From positions 25,575 to 57,574 of the forward strand of contig JAYVUU010000133.1 in the NCBI GenBank assembly GCA_043787635.1: 32,000 nucleotides of DNA, in the 5' to 3' direction. A model generated the notes under the pieces. It was not told the origin of the DNA. It did no database searches and saw only the letters and a program-made list of their open reading frames with translations. Position 1 is the stretch's first letter, and each line of letters opens with the position of its first letter. A program made the position numbers and the translations under genes. This document shows positions 1 through 7,356 of the stretch, piece by piece. Source of the stretch: Synechococcales cyanobacterium. Its GTDB lineage: Bacteria; Cyanobacteriota; Cyanobacteriia; Leptolyngbyales; Leptolyngbyaceae.

Positions 1-699
1 GGCGGGTCCATGCATTTGTTCTCGGCTGAACATGGGTTGCTGGGTGGGTTTGCATTTATTGGCGAAGGGATTCCCGTGGCGTTGGGTGCAGCCTATCAAA
101 CCATGTATCGTCGCAAGGTGATGGGCAATGCCTCGGCGGATCAGGTGACGGCGTGTTTCTTTGGGGATGGTACGTCGAACAACGGTCAGTTTTTTGAATG
201 TTTGAATATGGCGGCGCTGTGGAAGCTCCCGATCATTTTTGTGGTGGAAAACAACCGTTGGGCGATCGGCATGGCCCACGAGCGATCGACCCCTGAGCCA
301 GAAGTCTATAAAAAAGGCGAGGTTTTTGGATTGCCTGCCTACGAAGTAGATGGGATGGATGTGTTGCAGGTGCGTAGAATTTCTCAAGAAGCCGTTGAAC
401 GTGCCCGTGCGGGGGAAGGTCCGACATTGATTGAGGCGTTAACCTATCGATTCCGGGGACATTCTTTGGCGGATCCCGATGAGTTACGATCGCGGGAAGA
501 GAAAGACCAATGGTTCCCGCGTGATCCAATTAAGCAGCTCATGAAGCATCTGACGGAAAATGGCGTGGCGACGGCGGACGAGCTGAAGAGCATTGACAAG
601 AAGATCCAGCTTCATGTCGAAGACTCAGTTGAGTTTGCGCTGTCGAGTCCTGAGCCAGATCCAAAAGATCTTTACAAGTACGTGTTTGCTGAAGATTAG
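1..699 (+). CDS. pdhA: Pyruvate dehydrogenase E1 component, alpha subunit; C-terminal part (5' end lies outside the window)
   Basis: The frame is open from base 1. It has the TPP-binding signature [39 protein letters not shown] and the [13 protein letters not shown] motif typical of E1-alpha. Stop codon at 697-699. Confidence 0.9.
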   Translation, partial: GGSMHLFSAEHGLLGGFAFIGEGIPVALGAAYQTMYRRKVMGNASADQVTACFFGDGTSNNGQFFECLNMAALWKLPIIFVVENNRWAIGMAHERSTPEPEVYKKGEVFGLPAYEVDGMDVLQVRRISQEAVERARAGEGPTLIEALTYRFRGHSLADPDELRSREEKDQWFPRDPIKQLMKHLTENGVATADELKSIDKKIQLHVEDSVEFALSSPEPDPKDLYKYVFAED

Positions 700-711
700 G
701 GACGGATTTTT

Positions 712-819
712 ATGTATGAGATGAGTCCAGAAAGCTGGCAGGACTGGCTAGCGTTGATTTCGGGCGGAGTGGTCGTCATCATTATTGCGTGGCGAATTTC
801 TAAGACTCCGCCGATGTAG
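712..819 (+). CDS. Possible 35-aa single-pass membrane peptide (MYEMSPESWQDWLALISGGVVVIIIAWRISKTPPM)
   Basis: Hand-translated ATG ORF 13 nt after the pdhA stop, with one hydrophobic helix. I recognise no family and see no clear RBS. Confidence 0.2.
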   Translation: MYEMSPESWQDWLALISGGVVVIIIAWRISKTPPM

Positions 820-852
820 GGATGGCGAGATAGTAATGCACCATCCCTTGTC

Positions 853-1176
853 CTAGACGGTCGTCCGATCGCGTTTAATTTTTTCGCGCCAAGCTTCAAC
901 GAGTTTGGTTTTCTTTTTCTGTTCCCACACAAACAGACCGCCCATAAGAGCGATAACGCCGGACTGTACGGCAAAATTTGGGATTGAGGTCTCAAGATTG
1001 CGGCCTGCTAGGATCTGCGCTAAAAATACTACGCCGCCAATGACACCGGAGGCACCACAGCCTGCATAAACAAAGAGCCTTAGGTTTCGGTAGGGGGCCA
1101 TGGTCTCGGCGCGAAGTAGGGCATATTTGTCGGGATCGGTTTCGAGCAGGGTATTACGTTTTGTCGGTTGGGGCAT
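853..1176 (-). CDS. Small conserved membrane protein (cyanobacterial/plastid type, possibly DUF3493-like)
   Basis: 107-aa ORF with two hydrophobic segments (LFVYAGCGASGVIGGVVFLAQIL and VQSGVIALMGGLFVW) and a basic C-terminal tail. The family name is from memory only. Confidence 0.6.
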   Translation of the reverse strand: MPQPTKRNTLLETDPDKYALLRAETMAPYRNLRLFVYAGCGASGVIGGVVFLAQILAGRNLETSIPNFAVQSGVIALMGGLFVWEQKKKTKLVEAWREKIKRDRTTV

Positions 1177-1259
1177 GAATACAGGTTGGCTAGGAGGATT
1201 GTTATGGGATCTAGTATGGTTTATTTTATGGGTCTCTGTTAGTATTAGGTGTGAATTTT

Positions 1260-1331
1260 GCCGATGTAGCTCAGTGGTAGAGCACCTAACTCGTAATTAG
1301 GGGGTCGTGAGTTCAACTCTCATCATCGGCT
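1260..1331 (+). tRNA. tRNA-Thr (anticodon CGU)
   Basis: Folded by hand into a cloverleaf. Acceptor GCCGATG/CATCGGC, D arm GCTC-AGTGGTA-GAGC, anticodon stem CCTAA/TTAGG with loop CTCGTAA, T arm GTGAG-TTCAACT-CTCAT, discriminator T. CCA is not encoded. Confidence 0.93.
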
Positions 1332-1332
1332 T

Positions 1333-2310
1333 TTAAAACTGTTCTCTGGGCACTGCGTCCATCGCCTCCTTAAGTACTTCACTTCCAGCCCCGATCGTGC
1401 TTCCTTGTTCTGACAAAATCCGTTTCCACGATCGGTTATTCGGTTGCCCTTTAAATAGTTGATGCATGTGGCGCGTTACGGAGTGCAGTTTGTTGCCGTG
1501 GGCGGCGTGCCGATCGACATACTCAAACATTGCCTCTACGACTTCATGACGAGATTTTACGGGGCTGTCGTCGCGATAAAACAACCGATCGGCCTGAGCA
1601 AACAAATAGGGATCGTCATAGGCCGCCCGACCAATCATTACGGCATTCACCCGATCGAGTTGTTCAAGCGATTGGTCTAAGGTGAGAAATCCACCATTAA
1701 TTTCAATAAATAGCGTCGGAAAATCTTTTTTCAGTTGATGAACATCGTGATAACGCAGGGGTGGAATGTCGCGATTTTCCTTGGGGCTAAGACCTTGGAG
1801 CCATGCCTTTCTTGCATGGACATTGAACCGATCGCACCCCGCCGCCGCCACGGTTTTTACAAATAAGGTTAGATCTTCGTAGCTATCGTGGTCATCAACG
1901 CCAATCCGATGTTTTACGGATACCGGAATTTTAGTCGCGTTTTTCATGGCGCTGATACAATCGGCCACCCGATCGGGATCAAACATCAAACAGGCTCCAA
2001 AGTTGCCGCTTTGCACACGACTACTGGGACAGCCCACATTCAGATTGATTTCGTCGTAGCCGAAGTCTTCAGCCAGCTTTGCACAATGGGCCAAGTCCAT
2101 GGGTTCATCGCCGCCGACCTGAAGCACGATCGGTTTTTCCAGTTCAGAAAATCCAAGTAACCGATCGAGATCGCCATGCTTGATGGCTTGGCTGGTGACC
2201 ATCTCGGTATAGAGCAACGTGTGGCGCGTGATCTGGCGCATGAAATAGCGATAATGACGATCGGTCCGATCCATCATCGGCGCAATGCTAAGCGGATAAT
2301 TCGGTAACAT
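1333..2310 (-). CDS. dusA: tRNA-dihydrouridine(20/20a) synthase DusA
   Basis: 325 aa. N-terminus LSIAPMMDRTDRHYRYF, then INLNVGCPS and SVKHRIG motifs of the Dus/DusA family. Its stop lies 1 nt from the 3' end of tRNA-Thr, and the two genes converge. Confidence 0.9.
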   Translation of the reverse strand: MLPNYPLSIAPMMDRTDRHYRYFMRQITRHTLLYTEMVTSQAIKHGDLDRLLGFSELEKPIVLQVGGDEPMDLAHCAKLAEDFGYDEINLNVGCPSSRVQSGNFGACLMFDPDRVADCISAMKNATKIPVSVKHRIGVDDHDSYEDLTLFVKTVAAAGCDRFNVHARKAWLQGLSPKENRDIPPLRYHDVHQLKKDFPTLFIEINGGFLTLDQSLEQLDRVNAVMIGRAAYDDPYLFAQADRLFYRDDSPVKSRHEVVEAMFEYVDRHAAHGNKLHSVTRHMHQLFKGQPNNRSWKRILSEQGSTIGAGSEVLKEAMDAVPREQF

Positions 2311-2415
2311 GGTGGCGATTCTTCACAGAGAGACAAGAGACATGTGGTACTCTGACGGGTGACAAATTTTGGATGGGGTAAGTGATTCTTATCCTGAAAT
2401 AAAGGAAATTATCCC

Positions 2416-2931
2416 ATGGCAATTCTAGATTCTAAAGGCAGACTTTTTGGAAAAGTTAGCATCCTAGACGCAGGAGCTGCTCTGATTATTTTTATGGTTG
2501 TTGCAGGTATTTTTCTGCTTCCCGGCAAAACGTCATCCTATGCCCAAGGTTCACCCATCGAAGTTGATGTCATCGTACGAGGACTTAACGCCATTGATCC
2601 TAAAAATATTCTTAAACCGGGCGACAAAATTAACGTCATCATCCGCAACGAACCTTCTGGACAAGTGGATCTGGCAAAATTAGAATTTCTGCCCCGTAGT
2701 TTAGCCGTGCCCCAGCCCGATGGCAGCGTCAAAGCATTGCCCGACCCCCGTCCAGAAATGCGGTTTTCTAACGATATGCTCATGACTTTAAATGGCAATG
2801 CAAAAGTGGCTGATGATGGTGGCGTTGTGTTCGGTAATAAAAAGGTCAAAATTGGCACCTCCCTAGAACTTGAAGGACCGCAATATAGTTTTAATAGCTC
2901 TGTTGTTGCCATTCGAGGCACCAAGAAATAG
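2416..2931 (+). CDS. Conserved cyanobacterial protein with an N-terminal membrane anchor (DUF4330-like)
   Basis: 171 aa. The start MAILDSKGRLFGKVSILDAGAALIIFMVVAGIFLLPG matches what I remember of DUF4330 proteins. Confidence 0.7.
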   Translation: MAILDSKGRLFGKVSILDAGAALIIFMVVAGIFLLPGKTSSYAQGSPIEVDVIVRGLNAIDPKNILKPGDKINVIIRNEPSGQVDLAKLEFLPRSLAVPQPDGSVKALPDPRPEMRFSNDMLMTLNGNAKVADDGGVVFGNKKVKIGTSLELEGPQYSFNSSVVAIRGTKK

Positions 2932-2999
2932 CAGCTTGTATTCTAGTAAATCCGATCGTTCACTTCATCAAATCCCCCTTAATTTCCGGTTAACTCACC

Positions 3000-4469
3000 A
3001 TGATTCCCACAGCATCTGATATACGGAAATGGCGACAAGGCGATCGCGTTGAATTGACCATAGAAAGCTTGAGTGACAGTGGTGATGGTGTTGGACGGGT
3101 GAATGAACTGGTTGTTTTTGTGCCAGATACGGTACCGGGCGATCGAATTTTGGCAAAAATGGCGATCGTTAAGGCCAAATATGCCACCGCTCAACTGGTC
3201 GATGTGTTGCAAGCTTCAGACGATCGGGTGCGACCTAAGTGCATCGTCGCGGACAAATGTGGCGGCTGTCAGTGGCAACATGTCAGCTACAGTCAGCAAC
3301 TTGCATCCAAACGAGACCAAGTAGTGCAAGCGTTGCAGCGTATTGGTGGGTTTGGGGATGAACTCGAAGTTGATGACGTTTTAAGCGTCGGTGAACCCTA
3401 TCAATATCGCAATAAGTCCAGCTATCCGTTGAGTGTTGCAGAACGAAATCAGCCGGAAGCCAAACTTCGCGATCCCATGCGATCGATCGTCCATGGTCAC
3501 GTCATCGCTGGCTATTACCAAAAAGGCTCCCACAGTATTGTCAACCTGAATCAATGTCCGATTCAAGACACTCGTTTAAATCCATTGCTGGCTGAAATCA
3601 AAAAAGATATTGGTAAAGCAAAATGGGCAATTTATGACGAGAAAACGCACCAAGGCAATGTACGCCATATTTCCTTGAGAGTGGGTCGTCGCACGGGTGA
3701 ACTAATGCTGACGATCGTGACCAAAGATCGCAAACTTAATGAACTCTGGAAGCAATGCAATGAATGGATGCAGCGCTTTGGGCTGGTTGGCGTTTGTTTG
3801 AATATTAACAATGAAAAAGGGAATGTCATTTTTGGACTTGAGACCTTTTGTATTGTCGGTCGGGGTTACATTGAAGAACGGTTTGGGGGCTTAAAATTTC
3901 AAATTCGTCCCGATACATTCTTTCAGGTTTACACCGAACAAGCCGAAGCAATGCTCTATGAGATTGAACAAGAATTGAATTTGACGGGCAATGAAACAAT
4001 CGTGGATGCCTATTGTGGTATTGGGACGCTGAGTCTACCTCTCGCCAAACAGGTGAAGCGGGTGATTGGGATTGAGATGCAGGCCAGTGCGATCGAGCAA
4101 GCCAAAATCAATGCGGAAAAGAATGGCATTGAGAACGCAGAATTTCATGCAGGAAGTGTAGAAACCTTGCTGCCGTTGCTAATGGGGATTACGGATGAGG
4201 GTATTGATGATGTAATTATCAGCCCTGATATTGTATTAATGGATCCGCCTCGTCGAGGGTGCGATCGGTGGGTGTTGAATACATTACTCAAAATTAAGCC
4301 CGATCGTATTGTCTATATGAGCTGCAATCCAGCCACACTATCACGCGATCTGAAAATTTTGTGTGAGAACAACGACTACCGTTTAACCCGTGTTCAACCC
4401 GCCGACTTCTTCCCCCAGACTACTCATGTTGAAGCAGTAGCATTTCTAGAACGTGTTGTCGCTTATTAG
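3000..4469 (+). CDS. rlmD: 23S rRNA (uracil-C5)-methyltransferase, RlmD/RumA family (TRAM domain + Fe-S cluster + SAM methyltransferase)
   Basis: It has an N-terminal TRAM-like segment, the cysteine cluster CIVADKCGGCQWQH plus a later NQCP, the SAM motif VDAYCGIGTLSLPLA, MDPPRRG, and the catalytic YMSCNPATLSRDL. Confidence 0.88.
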   Translation: MIPTASDIRKWRQGDRVELTIESLSDSGDGVGRVNELVVFVPDTVPGDRILAKMAIVKAKYATAQLVDVLQASDDRVRPKCIVADKCGGCQWQHVSYSQQLASKRDQVVQALQRIGGFGDELEVDDVLSVGEPYQYRNKSSYPLSVAERNQPEAKLRDPMRSIVHGHVIAGYYQKGSHSIVNLNQCPIQDTRLNPLLAEIKKDIGKAKWAIYDEKTHQGNVRHISLRVGRRTGELMLTIVTKDRKLNELWKQCNEWMQRFGLVGVCLNINNEKGNVIFGLETFCIVGRGYIEERFGGLKFQIRPDTFFQVYTEQAEAMLYEIEQELNLTGNETIVDAYCGIGTLSLPLAKQVKRVIGIEMQASAIEQAKINAEKNGIENAEFHAGSVETLLPLLMGITDEGIDDVIISPDIVLMDPPRRGCDRWVLNTLLKIKPDRIVYMSCNPATLSRDLKILCENNDYRLTRVQPADFFPQTTHVEAVAFLERVVAY

Positions 4470-4622
4470 GCGCTGCTGATTGGTGCGATGGATGATTTTT
4501 GTGGTGATTGGAAAATGATCGAGTCTGTGTCTTTTTTGGTTCAGATAAGATGAGAAATGTTAGGGTTACGGTACCAATTTGAGTTTTTTTCACAAATTCT
4601 TGAATTTAGACTAAGGAAACCT

Positions 4623-5897
4623 ATGCTAATTGAATTTACAGTTGGAAATTATCGATCGTTCAAAGAACCCGTCACTCTAAGCATGGTTGCAACAAGGCTT
4701 GTTGCAGACTCTAAAAACAAAGAGATAGACGACAACAATATTTTTAAAATCGACAAAAATATCAGCCTTCTAAAGAGTGCTGCAATTTATGGTGCTAATG
4801 CTAGTGGAAAAAGTAACATTGCATTAGCACTACAATTCATGAAATCTTTCATGTTAAATTCTTCTCGCGAAACTCAAAGTACAGACGAGATTGCGGTGGA
4901 GCCATTTCTTCTGAGCACTGAAACCGAAAATGAACCGTCTTTATTTGAGATAGTATTTTTTTTCAATGGTCAAAGATACCGCTACGGATTTGAAGCAACA
5001 ACAAAACAAATAGTTTCTGAATGGCTTTACTACGTTCCTAAAACAAAGGAGACTGTTCTATTCAATCGCGATTTGACAGCTATTAAATCAAGTAAAGTAT
5101 TTGGGGCCAATGGAATAGAAAAAATAACAAGGCGAAATGCACTGTTCTTATCTGTCTCTGCCCAGTTTAATGTTGGGATCGCTGAGAAAATCTTAGCTTT
5201 CATAAAAAAAAGCATAAATTTGATTTCTGGATTAGACGAGTCTTACTTCGCCTACAGCTTCGGTTGTATTGCTGAGGGACCGCACCAAAATGAAATTCTG
5301 AACTTTATTAAAAATCTTGATTTAGGAATTAATAATATCAGAGTGTCACAATCAGAAATAACAATGGATAATTTACCCCAGGAGTTGCCAGAGAAGGTTA
5401 GACAAATGATTGTAGATCGAGGCGATGGAACGGCTATATCTGTTAGGACTTCTCACTGCAAGTTTTCTCCAGATGGAACCCATACCTCCATCGTTGATTT
5501 TGAATTATCAGAGCACGAATCAGAGGGTACGCAGAAGATTTTTGCCTTAGCAGGTCCGATTATAAATACTCTAAAAACAGGAGATACCTTAATTGTTGAC
5601 GAGCTAGATGCAAAGTTACACCCTCTGCTTAGTCTTGCAATCATTAAGCTATTTAATTCTAGTACAAGTAATCCTAATAATGCACAATTGATATTTATGA
5701 CGCATGATACAAATCTATTGAGTAACAAAATCTTTCGTCGTGATCAGATTTGGTTTACCGAGAAAAACCGTTACGGTGCAACGGCTCTGTACTCCTTAGC
5801 AGAATACAATATTCGTAGTGATGCTTCTTTTGAAAGTGATTATATCAAAGGAAAATATGGTGCAGTTCCTTACATTGGTGATCTTCAGTTCATCTAA
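4623..5897 (+). CDS. AAA_21/ABC-like ATPase of the AbiLi/RloA type (defence-associated)
   Basis: I place the start at ATG 4623 because AAGGA lies 8 nt upstream; the ORF-track start at 4557 is probably too early. It begins MLIEFTVGNYRSFKE, then has Walker A YGANASGKSN, Walker B TLIVDELDAKLHP, H-loop LIFMTHDTNLL and a C-terminal KGKYGAVPYIG. The gene is AT-rich. Confidence 0.85.
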   Translation: MLIEFTVGNYRSFKEPVTLSMVATRLVADSKNKEIDDNNIFKIDKNISLLKSAAIYGANASGKSNIALALQFMKSFMLNSSRETQSTDEIAVEPFLLSTETENEPSLFEIVFFFNGQRYRYGFEATTKQIVSEWLYYVPKTKETVLFNRDLTAIKSSKVFGANGIEKITRRNALFLSVSAQFNVGIAEKILAFIKKSINLISGLDESYFAYSFGCIAEGPHQNEILNFIKNLDLGINNIRVSQSEITMDNLPQELPEKVRQMIVDRGDGTAISVRTSHCKFSPDGTHTSIVDFELSEHESEGTQKIFALAGPIINTLKTGDTLIVDELDAKLHPLLSLAIIKLFNSSTSNPNNAQLIFMTHDTNLLSNKIFRRDQIWFTEKNRYGATALYSLAEYNIRSDASFESDYIKGKYGAVPYIGDLQFI

Positions 5898-5902
5898 ATT
5901 CT

Positions 5903-6499
5903 ATGGCTAAACGATCGGTTAATGCAAAAGGGTATTCAGATAGAAAATTAAATACTAGAGAAGTAAAGGAAACATTTCTCATTGTCTGCGAAGGAACTAA
6001 AACTGAGCCAAGTTACTTTCGGCGTTTTCGAGTTCCAAAAGAAGTTCTCGCAATAGAAGGTCTTGGGGAAAATCCTACAAGGGTCGTTGAACGTGCAATC
6101 ACCCGTGCGAAGGAAGAGGAATTTGATCAAGTTTGGTGCGTATTCGATCGGGATGATTTTCCCGTTCCAGATATTAGCAAAGCTTTTGAACTAGCTAAAA
6201 AGCATAAGATCGAAATTGCTTATTCCAATGAATCATTTGAGCTTTGGTATATTTTACATTTTGAATTTCTAAATACTGGAATTTCTCGTAAAGACTATAG
6301 TAAAAAGCTCTCCGATTTAACAGGAAAATCCTATGCTAAAAATAGTCGCGATATGTACGATGATTTATTGAATTTGCAACCGATCGCAATTAAAAATGCC
6401 GATCGGCTTCTTGAGGAATACCCAAACCACAATCCCGTAACAGATAACCCATCCACAACAGTTCATCATTTGGTAAAGCAACTAAACCGATTCATTTAG
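5903..6499 (+). CDS. RloB-like (AbiLii-type) protein, Toprim-like predicted nuclease
   Basis: It starts 5 nt after the ATPase stop. FLIVCEGTKTEPSYF (the conserved CEG glutamate), WCVFDRDDF (DxD) and AYSNESFELWYILHF are the RloB family hallmarks. Confidence 0.8.
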   Translation: MAKRSVNAKGYSDRKLNTREVKETFLIVCEGTKTEPSYFRRFRVPKEVLAIEGLGENPTRVVERAITRAKEEEFDQVWCVFDRDDFPVPDISKAFELAKKHKIEIAYSNESFELWYILHFEFLNTGISRKDYSKKLSDLTGKSYAKNSRDMYDDLLNLQPIAIKNADRLLEEYPNHNPVTDNPSTTVHHLVKQLNRFI

Positions 6500-6556
6500 G
6501 CTATTCCTAAGAATTGACCTACCAGAAACTCCCTGATTTTTGGGTAGTAAAAAATT

Positions 6557-6590
6557 CCGAAGTCCCCAGAATTAGGGTTGGGGGCTTCAG
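6557..6590. repeat. G/C-run hairpin repeat (family 2): ccgaagtccccagaattagggttgggggcttcag
   Basis: GAAGTCCCCA pairs with TGGGGGCTTC in 9 of 10 positions. About 30 nt closely match the start of the array at 20466-20536. Confidence 0.7.
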
Positions 6591-6645
6591 TATGTTAGTT
6601 AATTAATCTCCTAATGACATGCCGTTAACTCTCGATTAGGTTCTT

Positions 6646-7337
6646 TTAGGAAAAAGCGCAAAGTGAACCGCAAACCAATACCTTAACTCCCATAGTGGTA
6701 AACAAAACATGGGCATCACTCAAGCTATAAACAATGAGATATACAATCCCACCAAAGTTTCCATCAGCTCCGAAATTTTCAGAAATTTGGTCTGTGACTT
6801 CTTTTTTGATCAATGGCACCATCGCAAAACAAGCACCATTTGCCGCTTGAGCAAACACCGCCGCTAGCAAAATGACTGCGATCGCAATCTCAAATATTCC
6901 ACGTATCATCAACGCCTTGAAGTAACAAATAACTGAACCCCACGCCTAACGTAATCAACGTCATCACAATTCGACGATTGCCCTACCGGTCGGATCCCCC
7001 CATCCGGGCGTGCAACCAGATTGAGGAATGAATAGCTCGCCGCCACCATTCCAGCCTGAACAATCGATAGTCCGAAGGTTTCTTCTAGAAAGTTAGGTAA
7101 AATTGAAATCGCAGTTAGTTCTGCTCCAACCTCTTGAGCTGGGAGCCATTCAGAAACCATCCGAATACCCACAACAAACCCAGCGCCCACCAAACTCATC
7201 AACAATTGACTAAAGACGAATGAATTAAAATCCTGTGTTGTTGCTGTCCCAATGCAAGGCACCAACGTAACGCAACGCAAACTTGAAAAGGTAAGGCGTG
7301 GGCCAAACCGATCGAGAACACAGAATGAGCGCTGCAA
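6646..7337 (-). pseudogene. nrtP: Decayed nitrate/nitrite permease NrtP (MFS, NarK-type) remnant
   Basis: Two overlapping ORFs in different frames (6909-7337 and 6646-6912) carry NrtP-like blocks. These are LDRFGPRLT...LVGAGFVVGIRMVSEW, then directly ILPNFLEETFGLSIVQAGMVAASYSFLNLVARP.GG, then AANGACFAMVPLIKKEVTDQI...GNFGGIVYLIVYS. The N-terminus and roughly the central third of a full-length permease are missing, and there is at least one frameshift. Confidence 0.8.
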
Positions 7338-7356
7338 GTTAACAAACTACGTAGAA

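Noticed and set aside
233-529. Antisense or overlapping ORFs inside well-supported genes (for example 233-529, 1459-1680, 2538-2924, 7483-9294 plus-strand ORFs, 12276-13206, 21317-21712, 26971-27480)
   Set aside because: Each lies wholly within a longer ORF on the other strand or in another frame that has clear family motifs. None shows motifs of its own.
818-848. 8-bp stem hairpin (AGGGATGG...CCATCCCT) between the convergent pdhA and the small membrane protein gene
   Set aside because: It lacks a U-tract on either strand, so I did not call it an intrinsic terminator. It may still be a processing or stability element.
4560-4567. The 8-mer TTAGGGTT is present at both borders of the AT-rich islet (4560-4567 and 6572-6579; ATGTTAG is also at 4557 and 6592), a possible target-site duplication
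   Set aside because: An 8-nt match between two border regions of about 150 nt is expected by chance about one time in three. No integrase or transposase supports an att or TSD interpretation.
6909-7337. Treating 6909-7337 and 6646-6912 as two real small genes
   Set aside because: Their translations are non-contiguous fragments of one MFS nitrate/nitrite permease in different frames. The tail after the frameshift is nonsense (RPVGQSSNCDDVDYVRRGVQLFVTSRR). I call this a pseudogene.
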